Positions 50,826 through 63,562 of a DNA stretch of 64,000 nucleotides are shown piece after piece (position 1 is the stretch's first letter; every line of letters begins with the position of its first letter). The position numbers and the translations under genes are program-made. The stretch spans positions 267,421 to 331,420 of the forward strand of contig NW_003314329.1 of NCBI RefSeq assembly GCF_000143415.4. The letters are read 5' to 3'. The notes under the pieces are model-generated. The model searched no databases and was not told where the DNA came from. It saw only the letters and a list, made by a program, of their open reading frames with translations. Origin of the DNA: Selaginella moellendorffii (lineage: Eukaryota > Plantae > Lycopodiophyta).

Positions 50826-52177
50826 CTAGCTAGAACTATTACGGTTTGTAGCAAGAGCTCTCTCTCCTTCAAACAATCTCTTGTGGACTCTAGCAAACAA
50901 AGATGGCTGCGGGCCGCAACTGTTGTCAGTCATCTTGAAGTTGTCAAAATCCAAGCCGACTTTAGCAGCAGCAAGCCGCAGCTCTGGGAAATTGGACTTG
51001 GGGAGGCTTGAACTCCGTGTGTAGACGACGGCCCCACCATAGCCGTCCCATGCATCGTTGGACCCATTGTAGTACACGAACACGTAGTCATCCGGTTGGT
51101 TGTTGAGCCGGGCGGAGATGATGAACCTGCACCAATCAATCCGTCAATTTTTCATATAGGATTCGCAGCTATGTTGGCAATCGCACACCGGACCTACACA
51201 CACCGAAGCTTTGGAAGCTTGCGAAACACTCACCAATCGTCTTTGTAATTGAGGTACTCGTTGTCATGATTGGACAGCACACCCGGGCGTTTGGGATTCT
51301 TCTGCACGAAATTTTGCATCGCGTTGCGTGTGATGAAACCGCCGTCGGGGGTGGTCACCCTCCACGTCAGTTTTCCGGTGAGCTTGTGGGGACTGGCCGA
51401 GAACTCATGGACTTGGCAATCGTAGAGATCGAACAGGGGGTTGAGACCGCTGGTGATATACCATGTGCCTGTGAAGTCTTGGGTGTTGAACTTTTCCACC
51501 AAAGCGCAGTCTGGAGGTACCGGGTAGGAGCCGTCGTTGGCACTTTGAGGGATGCACTTTTTTTTGCTCAGGAGGCATGTGTTGAATTCCTCTACGGCCT
51601 TGTTCTGGAAAATGTCTCCGCATCTGACCTATGTTCCGATACAAAATGAGAGAACAGAAACAGAGTGAGCAACTTTAAATCAAATAATACCTGGCAATTC
51701 AAGTCTCCTGGGCTGCAAGTTTCCAGACAAACTAAATTGGCAGCGCATGAAGGATCTCCCACGCATCGAACCAGCTCGGATCTGAAGAACATGCACAACT
51801 ATGAGATCAGGTGGATTCAAAATAAACAGTGGAACCCAGCAAATGAGGAGGGGAGCACAACAGCACCTGCATCCACCCAGAAGACATTTCCATGTTTTTT
51901 GAGCAGTCTCGATGTCCAGAGCTCCAGCATGGTTTGCTTGCAAGAGCAAACACGTCCCCAGGAGCAAGCCCAATGCATTGACTTTGAATCCCGGTCCGGT
52001 ACTTGTCGTTGTTACATTCTTCACACTTCGTACAAGCGGGGGCGGAGCCGTGGTACTGACAATCATCTTCTCGCTCTTCTTCCCGCATAGCAGCTTCCTG
52101 CTCTTCACATTCGGCCCAGTACTGGTTGTTGCCACTCTTCGAACAAGCCCATGCGGGGTCGTGGTACTGGCAAACAT
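50826..52177 (-). CDS. VDE: Violaxanthin de-epoxidase-like protein with a short C-terminus; start uncertain
   Basis: Bipartite targeting peptide ending AGA|LD, Cys-rich domain [24 protein letters not shown], lipocalin domain [55 protein letters not shown]. Confidence 0.88.
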
Positions 52178-52599
52178 CTGCTCCTTCTTCTCCCTCTTCA
52201 AGCCGCAGCTACTCTTTTCATTCAAGTTGCAAGCGACCGCCTTGCAGCGATACGTTTTAGAAAGCCTCCTCACAAACAAGGGAGCGACCCGAGATGGACG
52301 TGCGCGGGGCGTGGGACACTGCTCTTCCTTCCTCCTCCTACAGGGTTACAAAGTCCGTGGTTTGGTCCGAGCTGCGTACAAATCTTGCTAGGACAGAGTC
52401 TTTTTCTCGATATGACATTGGGTTGTGGGCCATTTCATTCATTAATGCGGCCCACCCGCCAGGATGTTCTTAGAAAAACGCACGTTTTCCATGTACGATA
52501 GTTTGAAGACCCGGTGTCAGCTTTAACACATAGGGTTGATTTGCAGTCGCTTTTTCTATAAAGTAATAATAAAAAAATCTTTTTCGTTGCTACAATCTA

Positions 52600-53723
52600 T
52601 TATTTTTTATGGTGACGACTTGACACCAGCTTCTCCAGCTCCAATTCTCCACCAACGGCTTCCAGCTCCTATCAGGGCCATGAATCCGTCAAAAGTTTGG
52701 TTTCCAGTCTCTCGCTCACCTTTAGCCCCAGGAACAAACCGTACGGAACGCCATCAAACAGATTGGCATGGTGAATCTGAGTGGAAGGTTTGATGGTAAA
52801 TCTAGAGCTGAATGATTTATGGACAAACCTGGTGAGCAGCAGCTACCTTCCGAAAATATGGCACATCGGCCAGTGGGCCAACTGAAAACCGTTGGTGCAC
52901 CAGGCCGTCGTGAACAAACATGTAGGCCATCCCGAAGATGGTGATGCCCAGGCCCTGACGTGATATGCAATATTTTCAAAGTTACAAGAAATGCTTCTAT
53001 TACTTACTGCTCCAAAGCACAGGCCAGGAAGGAGTCCTTCGTGGGAGAATCCGTAAGACATGAGAGCTATCGCGGGGACTGCGTTCACAATGGCAAAAAC
53101 ATCGTTGACCTCAAATGGACCTTGGCGAGGGAGATGATGAGACTGTTGTAGAGAGACTCGTGGCAATTTAACTGTCCGAAAATTTGTTTGTGCGTTACCT
53201 TGTGCATGCTCCACAAGCAAGAGTGCCATAGCGCTTTGTGTGCCCATCTAGCCCAAAACTCCATGCCCACCTGAGAAACAGAATAAAATCAATCTTGAAC
53301 AGCAGCTTTGAACATACTCACAGCTGCACCTAATGCCAAAGACACGGTACCAAGGATTTCCAGAGCAGGCAATTCACTGCTGCCTTTCTGAACATAGTTA
53401 AAGATTCTCTTTTGTGATCAAGCCTGTGTGTGTCAGAGTTCACATACCTCCTGCATTTGCCACACGAATCTGTAACACGCAGCTCCAATGCTGAGACCAC
53501 CAATCAATGTGCTTGAGGCAACAGCAGCGAACAAATATGTTGTGCGCTCTGCTTTCTTCTTCTTTGTTGCATCTTGCTTCTTGCAAGTACGAGATTGCCC
53601 ATCCTCCGACATTGACGCACCCAATACAATCGCTTTCGACTTCGGCCTTCTCAGGGATTTGCGCAATGGCGGGAGAGAAAGGAGCCCGCGAGGAATGAAC
53701 GACGAACAAGGCACTAGCGCCAT
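52600..53723 (-). CDS. BCH: Non-heme di-iron beta-carotene 3-hydroxylase, 7 exons
   Basis: ERTTYLFAAV, MEFWARWAHKALWH, HKSHH, FEVNDVFA, YMFVHDGLVH, AAAHQIHH and GVPYGLFLG; all His boxes present. Confidence 0.92.
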
Positions 53724-53859
53724 CGAAGCTGCTGCCAATTCAGATGCATGGGTAAACCCAGCGGATACTTAGAATTCTAAAAGATAGGATCTCCGTCTGT
53801 TTGAAGGTCCCTTGGAATATTTACAACTTCATTTTGCTTTAATCCCCCCTGCACACTCC

Positions 53860-54510
53860 AATTCTCGTTGTCTCCTGGTGAGGCGATTGCGAGACATGAA
53901 TCCAAACCAGGCCGGGATCGCCAATTCGAAGCAGGTCCTCCAGGCGTGCGAGAACGACGGAGAGGAACCCGTTTGTGGTGTGGGGAGCAACGTTTACGCC
54001 CATCTACGCGGGCGGTGTCGTGCCCCTGCTGCGCTGTGCGGTTCGTGCCGGAGGTGGCCGGGCAGATTTGCAGCGTTTGTGACTTGGCGGTGGTGGATGC
54101 TGTGTGCTGGTCATTAAGCGGGGGAGGATTGTGCGCCATTCCCAAAGTTCGTGGATTCTACCATCACCAAAGATTCAAACAAGATAGCGCGAATGGGCAT
54201 ATGCAGAAGCCACCGCGAGTGTCTTTCAGAATTCTTTGGAATCCTTCCAGAAACATCTTCTTTTTTTGTTGCATTATACCCCGGATTAATTCCTCCCTTG
54301 TGACGCAGCACACGCCAATTCTCGTTGTCTCCCATCTCACACAAGACGACACACGCTGGAGCGAATATACAATACTCGTCATCTAAAAGCCCCAGCCCCA
54401 GCCCCTCTCTTCTCTCCCTGGTTTTGCTTTCTCAGTGCTCTCGCTACTTTCTTTTTCTCCCTGGTTTTGCTTTCTCAGTGCTGTCGCTGGTTTCCTTTTC
54501 TCCCTGGTAC
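53860..54510. repeat. Inverted, internally deleted copy of the 35130-36160 segment
   Basis: Reverse-complement match to the 35 kb segment, lacking about 270 bp of it. Confidence 0.85.
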
Positions 54511-55199
54511 GTGGAGGTAGAGATTTTGTAGCTCTCATTCAAAGAAAATCAGCGGACCAGCTCTGGCTGGGAGCACAAGCACAAGAGGTTTGATGATGAA
54601 AAAAATGTATTATCTGCCACCGTTGTTTCTGGCTGCTGCTGTTGGCGAGCAGAAGTAGGAGCCAAGGCAGCCAACCAAAACGGCCAAGGCAGCGTGATGT
54701 GAGGTTTCGCTACCGCTTCTACCTGTGAATTCTTTCCTCATGTTGGAATAGAACTTGAGATTCCTCTTCTTTTCTAGGCTACTGATAATCACTCTCGCTT
54801 GTAAATTCTTAGCTTCCTAGCTTCCTCGTCTGTACCTGATAATCGCAGGAATGGAATCGCTATTTTCCCCTTGAAAACTTCGAAGAAATGCGCATTGGAG
54901 CAACTCGCGCACCAGAGTTTCAAGAATCGCTTTTCATTTCAGATTCTGGGCGTTAGAAGCCCATTTCTCTCATGATTCTCTTGAAACAATATTCATTCCA
55001 TAGCTAAAATTAAATAACAGTGAAAGCACAAAGAAAGAATAAAAATTTCCCGATCACGGCGCTTCGATCTGCGAAGATTTTGGTGATTATTCACAGTGTC
55101 TCGAGGATATTTGTGATATTTGTTTGGCGGGTGAAGACCTCGATCATGACTTCTCGCGGCACATCTGGCACGAGCAGCTACGCTTTCATATAATGTTTT

Positions 55200-56500
55200 A
55201 GATTGCATCTTTCTGTTTTGGGATGCCAGGTCTTGCTCTTGCCGATCACCTCTGTGCGGCTGTCCACCGGGACGGTGTGGAGCGGTACCTTCGGTGGTGA
55301 GCTTGTAGATGAGCGCTGGACCGTTGCGGACGTTTGGAGGCGGCGAGTCCGACCAGCCTTTCTCGAGGGCATACGTCAAGATGCTCGCGTGATCTCGAGG
55401 GCGATTCTAAAGACCATCCGATCAATCTGCTTGAGGGCCTCGAGCGAGCTCTGGAGGTCGCAAAAAACCGGCGCGAAGTTTTTGATCCCGAGTTGCCGAG
55501 TGAGAAGGCGCATTGCACTGTCGAAGGCTCTAAGATCCGGTCCCCGCATAGAAGATGGCGTCAACTGTCGCCGATGGAGCCTCGACTCTCTTGGAGACGT
55601 CGTTCCTCAGATTCTTGACTAGAATCAAGCCGTGCGCCTTGGCAAAGCGGTTGCGGGGCACGAAACACCCCACGACCCGCTGGCTTTCTTCGGCCGAAGT
55701 GTCATTACTTCTCGGGATTTGTACGTACTGTTGTGACGGGCCGAGCATAAAAGCACGGCGTTCTCCGCTGGATTGCAAGACAATCTTCTCTGATTCAGCT
55801 CCGCTCTTCGAATGTTTATCAGTGATGTGTCCTCTGAAGTGGCAAAGTCGTAAGTCCTCAAAGCCTTTTCTTTGACGTAATACAGCACCCCCGCACTGAT
55901 TGTATAAGCCGGCCTCTCTCTTTCGAGCTTGAAGACGATAATTCCACTGCCCTGTCCTGTCGCAAGAAAGTTCATCTCGGGTCCCTCCTGAAAGTTTGTA
56001 CGGCAGAACGCTTGGACAAGTCCCAGACTCGAGTTTGATGTCCCGGCAGTGTGGAACATGACACAGGAAACGTTGTTGGTGTGACCAACCTCCCAAGCCT
56101 GTTTCTGGAACCAATGCAAGCGTTTAGAAACTAGAACAAAAGAACAAGTCCACATATTAACATTTATCCTCCACAGCTTTACTTGTCGATCGTCAGCACC
56201 AGAGACAACTAGCGGCAAGCTTGGATGGAAAGCAGCCCTGTCATGCCCCTCGAGAACATACTTGACCACCGCATCGTCACCACCAAAACGTTAGCTGTTC
56301 ATCTGCGTGAGTCTCAGAATTCTGTGAAGATCCTCGGCTGGAGAGACCGTCTCAGCGACGCAAACACCATGAGATCGTCCTTGACGTGAAACGAAGCCGT
56401 AGTGATTGTGTCCCGTCAGCACGTCCGGGACTGCTAGTTCCAAATCCTGATGGCTTGATCGTCGCTAGCACTTACGATCCAGGGATACTCCTATGAACAT
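55200..56500 (-). pseudogene. COPA: Coatomer alpha subunit pseudogene with large internal deletions
   Basis: YPWIVSASDDQ.IRIWN, LTGHNHY, GGDDAVVKYVLEGHD, FHPSLPLVVSGADDRQVKLW, VFKLERERPA, then C-terminal AMRLL.RQLGIKNF; frameshifts present. Confidence 0.8.
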
Positions 56501-59500
56501 GCACCTTCTCGTCTTGTAGTTCCAGACCTTGGACAAGATCAATTGAAACATCGATGATGAGAATGCTGGTTGGCGGCTTACTTAAAGAGGCTGAGAGATG
56601 TGAAAATGGACGACGCCCGTCGTGCTCACGAGAGATCCCATCTGACGCCGGTGTGGAGACTGGCCAAGATCATCCATGGCGCGTTGCGAATATTCGAATT
56701 TCTTTCTAATTCGAGCACGATCTGGCTAAACAATGCCTCGATCGGGGTAGGGGCTGTGATTTCCAGGATCCTCCGTCCTCCTCGCGTTCTCAAGCAGGAA
56801 TTCGAAAGCGAGATTCACGATCGCACGCCGCATAAAGAGGGCTATTCCTCTGCTCTGGAGCTGTCTCATCTCGCCATTCAACGAAGAACACAGTGCGGGG
56901 TTGAATCACCGCCGCGAGATGGCTTTCGCTTGAACCTCTCGTCTGTGTAGAGTGCTCCCTGGAAGAACGTAGAAGTCATAGAAGTGATGTGGTGTACCTT
57001 CATAAACATGAACTACAGCTGAGTTGCCCTGTGCATACAGGTCAGTAGAAAATCACCAAACTTACGCCAAACAACCTCAGAAATCAATACGCTCAGTGAT
57101 CCACTTCAAGTGCCCTGTCACATAATTTAACTAAATACTAAATACTTTTGCCTAGTAGGAGATAGATGAATCTCAATGAACTCTTCTTCATGTTGCTGCA
57201 ATCTTCAGTTGGACTCTACCATCTTCATAACCAGTAGAGCTTTTTATGAAAGCTCAAAGAAAAGAAGTGGAATTGGGAGAGGGAGTATCTATCTATCTAT
57301 CTACTTATATTCTGTTTTGGTAGTCTTGCAGTGCCCAACAAGAAGTATGAGACCCCTCCTCACTTTTGCTCTTCTGATGATTTGTATTACTCTCAAGAAA
57401 TCTATCAGCTCTTGGGCAACTTTGGTGCAGGTGTTATAAATTGGAAAAAGATGTAACAGGTTAGAACACTTGCTTTAATTCACCAACTAGATTTTATACA
57501 AAGAGCATACTTCTATGCAAAGCCAATTTGTAACAAGCTCAAGCTCTATATTTATTTAGAGAATTAAAAGATATTTTTAATGGTACTTTTATGTTTTTTC
57601 AAAACACATAAACTATGTAAAAAAAAACATGAAAAACTATTTATTATTTATTATTAAAATGAAAAACACATAAACACCATCTGTGAGTGCATAGAATATG
57701 GAAAGGGAATACAGAAATGTGCATATCAATTAGCCCAAAAACCCTAGCTTATATACAGGAGCAAGTGGTCCGGATTGAAACAAATTCAATGGCTACCAAA
57801 ATCCCATTACGTTAATATTAGTATATGGCATCGTAGCCGTACACTTGGCCCTCACATCATCCCCTCCTCTCGGAATAATGGAAGGCTGTTAGGGTTCTCT
57901 TGTAGACAGGCTGAGATCTGGAGGAACGTCAGGAGGAGGCATCGGTGGATCTGTAGATGGCATTAATTGCTCTTGATCCCTTTGAATAAAGCGTTTCAAC
58001 CGCTGCACATGCACAATCTCCGGAGGATTGGCCTGGTGGACGTCATGCCAAACCTCATAAACTTGTGGTCCAACTTGCCGCAACACCCGATACGGTCCTT
58101 TCCATTATGCAAGGAGCCCTTTAAATAAACCACGTACTATAAGATGGGGAAAATGGACTAACACCAAATCATCCACTTTGTACTTCGTAGGTGGACGATG
58201 ATGGGAGTTGTAGTGCCATTATTGTCCCACTTGTACGCGGCCTAAGTGTTTGGTAGACTTTGTTCGGACAAGTGGAAGAATGCTCGTCAAATATTGATCC
58301 CATGACTTAGCATCGAGAGCTCGTGGCAATCACCCAACTCTGTTAGTAATATTGGATTATGACCATTTAGGAGTTTATATGGTGAAGCACCAACAGAATT
58401 CTGCACCTCTATGACATAGGCATACTAAAGAGATGGCAAATAACCATCCCAATCTGAATGTTGAAAGTTCACATACTTTGCAATCATCCCTTTGAATGTC
58501 CGAACGAGTCGTTCCACCAGACCATTTGATTGTGGATGATAAGCACTCGTGAAAGTGTGGCATATCCCCAACCGAGATGTCAAAACATGAAATGCCTCAG
58601 CCATAAATGCAGGACCATTATCCGAAAGAATCCGCTCTAGACAAGAATGCTAGAACACCACTCGATTGAGGAGGAAGTATCCAACAGCAGTTGCCGAGGC
58701 ACTAGTAAGAGCACCAACTTCCACCCAATGAGTCAAGTAGTCAGAAGCAATAATAACATACTCATTACTAACAGTCGACCATGGAAAAGGTCCTATAAGA
58801 TCAAATGCCACCAACTCAAACGAACAGGAAACTGCAATTGACTCCAACCGTCCTTCCGCAGCACAAGGGGGAGTATTACGAGCTTGGCATCAAACGCAGC
58901 TACGCACATACTGGATAATATCACGTCGCATCTCTGGCTAATAGAAAGACCTGCGCAGCTTCTCGGTCACATGACGATGTCCCATATGCCCACCTAAAAC
59001 AGGAGAATCATGGTAGGCATGGAGAAACCACGGAATAAAGATAGAAGGCACCACCAGCCGTAAATAATCATCAGGATCCGTTCCCACAAAATAAAGAAGA
59101 CCGTCTTCAAGACGATATTGAGAATGTAAATGCTGAAAAGGCAAGTCATCAGCAAATGATGCAGAATTCTCAAATGCATCTCGAAGCTTTCGAATCCATG
59201 GCTCAATCTTTTGAGCCTTGCGAACCTCATCAAGAGAAGGTAGATCTTGCTCTGTGCCTTGTGGACATTGAACATCAAGTATAGCAACCGTCGATGGCAT
59301 AAAATCCTCGTCTAGAAAATCCATAGATGCTGGAACAATAGGCTCATTAGAAACATGAGAAGAGAGTGGAGAAGGAAGAGGAGTTCAAGAAAGGGCATCA
59401 GCATCAGCCATAGAACTCCCTAGGCGATGAACAATATCAAAATTATATATTTGAAGCTTCAAAGCCCACCGAGTAGTACGACCAACCAAGTTCTTCCACT

Positions 59501-62205
59501 TCAATAATGAAGTAACGGCAGCATGGTCACCTTCAAGTAACGTTCGAGAACCATGTAGATATGCATGAAGTTTCTCAAAACCCCAAATTGCCGCTAAACA
59601 CTCCTTCTCTGTCGTGGAGTAGTTCACCTCTGCTGGTTGTAACATATGGCTTATATATGTAATGGGATGACGCTAACCAGGCACACTCAGGCTTTCTTGC
59701 ATTAGCACACCTCCAAGACCAATATCAGAAGCATCTACATGCAAAATAGAAGGTTGAGTGTAGTCAGGATATGCTAAAACCAGAGGAGTCGTCAAGAGCT
59801 CTTTAAGATCCACAAATGCCCACTCACAATCTGAAGACCAGATGAAAGATGACGTTGATGACTTCAGCAACGTTCGCAACGGTGAAGTGTGATCAGAAAG
59901 ATGATCCACATAATGACTGAGATATTGCACCTTGCCCAGAAAGCACTGCACATCATTCACACACTTCAGAGTAGGGAACTTTAGAATGGCTACAAGTTTG
60001 TGAAGATCAACTTGCAAACCTTTACGAGAAATATGGTACCCAAGATAAGTTGTGTTCTTGGACCCAAATATGCACTTCGACCGCTTCAGTTTTAAACCAA
60101 CGTCCCGTAGCTGATCCAACACTTTACACACATCACGAATGTGCTCCTCCCACGTCCCCTCCGAGTGAATCAAGACATCATCAATGAAGTCAGCAGTCGG
60201 CCATCGGTACTTGCCAGTACCCAGAAGCAAGATCGAGCTTGGTGAATTAACGACTTCACCCTAGACGATCCAAAAGATCAGTAGTGTGAGGAAGAGGGTA
60301 CACATCCGGGATCGTCACTTCATTTAACGAACGATAGTCGATGCAAAAACAAATACTCCCATCAGGCTTCATCATAAGATGAGGTTCACATGCCCAAGGG
60401 CTCTGCGACTTCCGAATAACACCCTTCTCCAACATCTCCTTGACGTTTGCATGTAAAATCTTGATCTCCTTGGGTGAGCGATGACGAACAGGAACCTTGA
60501 TTGGACGAGCATCCCCGGTTAGAATCGGATGACATGTGGCAATCTTGGCCCTAAACGATAAATCAAATTCAAAGAGATTAGAATACTCCTTCATGAGCCG
60601 GTCAACAGCTGCAACACAAAGATCATCAGAGGGATTGGAAAAGGGAAGAGCAGAACAAGATGGAAACATAGGAGGAAATAGTGGGGGAATAAAAGTAATG
60701 GAAGAAAAATTAGAAGTAGAAGGACGAAGAGGTACGGAAGTGAGAGGAATGGATGAAACATAAGTATGAGATAAGGGGGAGAAGCCTCAAAGTCAAACTT
60801 GGCATGATTGCATTGCAACCAATGCATACCAAAAATGAGGTCAAAAGCTTGACTCGGCACCACTTGCAACGACTGGAACTCAAGCTCGAGATCGCTCATA
60901 CGCACAACCAGGTCCACCTCATCTCGTGCACATGCATGTGTACAGCTGTTGCCATAAAGAATGAAAACTGGATCCGCTGCACGACGCAAGTGTAAACGAC
61001 AATGTGTGGTAACAGGTCGAGCAATAGAAGATAAACTCGAACCTATATCAACCAACATGGAGAGAATAATAAGAGACCTCTTGTTATAAAAACGAGCTTG
61101 GAAAGTAAACACTGGATAAATTGGTGCCAAGTGAACCCCTTGATAATACTCTCGAAAGAAAGATTGAGGGGTCACTAACTTATTTGTGCAAGGTCCCTTT
61201 GTTACTTGCATGACTCTTCGTTTCCCGGATGCACCTTGGTGTCCAAACCTTCCACCGTAGCAACACTAATGGGACGTTGCTGACGCCAAGGTCTCCACCT
61301 AGGAAGTGGAGGTCGCCAATTTGGAAAGCGCTGACAACGCCAATAAGTATGACCAACTTCATCACACGCTCAGCAACGAACATCATGGCCATGACCATGT
61401 CCTTGCCCTTGTCCTTGGACTCGAGTAGTAGCAGCATCAACCTCTATTGGAACAGGACCATCACTCATAGGAAGTGGAGCTGAAGGACGTGCAACGAGAA
61501 GTGGAAGAGGCAACGTCTCATAACATTGTGCCAAACGAAGAGTATTGTCAAGGGTGGCAAGAGCAAGTGCATGCATAAGTCTGACAAGATCTTGACGAAG
61601 TGCTGGCCACAACATTCCTAGCTCCTGGAAGAACACTCTAATCCCCACAAGTGGCTGCGCTCAATCCATTGTACCACTGCAACGCCATCCCTTGGAGACA
61701 CGTGGGGAACTCATGCAAACGTCGAGCATCATCCCAAGAATGATATATGGCAATCATCATGAAGTAATCGAACCAATGGTACACATCATCCCCAGGATTC
61801 CCACGAAAAAACTCTGGCCGAACGCGAGGATTGGCACCAAGAGTAGGAGGAGTTAGACCGCGGGCTATGAATGCCGCCATCAATTGAGTTTGATTGTTTA
61901 ATTGCAAACACATAACATCACGCAATTGAACCAACTGCTACTTTAAAGTCAAAGGAGGAGATTGTTGATTTGCCATGAAGATGAATGAAAAAGAAAGAGC
62001 AAAAGAAGAGAAATGATAAAAAGCTGGAAGGAATGGTAGGTCTAGACAATGCAAAATGCTAAATCTAAACCAAAATCCTGAAAGGAAAGAACAAAAAGAA
62101 AGGAAATGGAAAAAGCTAGATCTAGACGATGCAAAAGCTAGATCTAAACCGAAATTCCAAATCCAAGCACTCCCTAGGGACAATCAAAGGTGCCCCTCAC
62201 CTCCA

Positions 62206-63562
62206 TGTAAGCAACCAAAGGGAACGACTTGAGAGACGATCCATGGGGTTCAAATATAGAGGGAAAGGGCCCATGAACAAGAGTGCACCCCCTTTTCCAA
62301 TCGGTTAAGGGTCTTGGGATAGTTGGAGTTAAGCGTCCTTGGGTTTGAATAGTACTGGGCTGGGTGATCTCCCGGGAAGTCCAAACTCAGGAGCTTACAT
62401 TTGGTATCGGAGCGGTCTCAGGTCCGACTCTGTTGGTTGGCTAAGGGAATCACACCACATGTTGATTGACATCTGGCTGGTCCAGTTTGCTCCCGTTGGG
62501 CTCCGACTCTGTTGGTTGGCTAAGGGAATCACACCACATGTTGATTGACATCTGGCTGGTCCAGTTTGCTCCCGTTGGGCTCGACCCGAGGGGTAGGGTG
62601 TCAAGAGAGCGGGGCTCTCAGGAGAGCTGCGGCTCTTAGCTTCCGTTCACGAGGGCGTGAACTTGCAGGGAAGCGTGGTGGATTTATAACACATCTCCGC
62701 AAGTCCCAAATGACTTACCCAATCGGTCTGGTCTCCCGAGACATAGCATCGCAAATAATCCTCCAGCTGCCTATTCACCCTTTCCGTTTGTCCGTCTGTC
62801 AAGAAGTGTTAGTGCCAACAACTTGACTCAATACCCCATACCTGTCTGTGGGTGATAGGCTGTGCTGAATTTCAACTTGGTGCGATACTGTTCCAGGAGA
62901 GTCCTCCAGAACCTACTGGTGAAGATCTTATCTCGATCTGAGATGATCTCTTCTAGTCTTCCCCGCACCCGAACCACTTGTTCGAAGAACAGCTTTGCCA
63001 CACCTTCCGCATCCACCTCCGTTGTGGTGGGTATGAAGTGTGCCATTTTCGAAAATCGGTCCACCACCACAAATATCGCATCAAACCCCTCACTTGGGGG
63101 GAGTCCCGTGATGAAGTCCATAGTAAGATATTTCTACGGGCGATCTGGAATTGGGATGCTTTGCAACAAGCCCCCACTAGCCTTAGTCACGGCTTTTACC
63201 TGCTGACATGTTGGACATGTCTTTACATAGTCTTGGACGTCCTTAGCCATATCTGGCCAATGGTACTTCCTTTTGAGTAAGCCCATCGTCTTGGGCACTT
63301 CACCGTGTCCCGCAAGAGGTCCGTCATGACACTCTTCTAAGGCCACCTTCTTTAGTTCCCCTTTTGGAACATACACCCTCGTTTGCTTGTAATAAATGAG
63401 TCCGTTGCGTTCCGCATAGCCCGTTTTCTCTTCCGTTGGCAGCTCACCTCTCTGGTGAGCTTCCCGCGCCTCTAAGGGGGTGCACTCTTGTTCATGGGCC
63501 CTTTCCCTCTATATTTGAACCCCACAGATCGTCTCTCAAGTCGTTCCCTTTGGTTGCTTACA
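62206..63562. mobile_element. Rearranged Gypsy-derived insert: LTR+PBS on plus strand, integrase fragment on minus strand, inverted partial LTR
   Basis: LTR 62206-62399, PBS TGGTATCGGAGC 62402-62413, integrase CHDGPLAGH..MDFITGLP..AYHPQT 62830-63473, inverted LTR start 63474-63562, TSD CTCCA. Confidence 0.85.
62423..62580. repeat. Perfect 79-bp tandem duplication in the retroelement leader
   Basis: 62423-62501 is identical to 62502-62580. Confidence 0.95.

Noticed and set aside
56570-56950. 126-aa ORF next to the COPA remnant
   Set aside because: Non-ATG start, no recognisable motif or splice structure.
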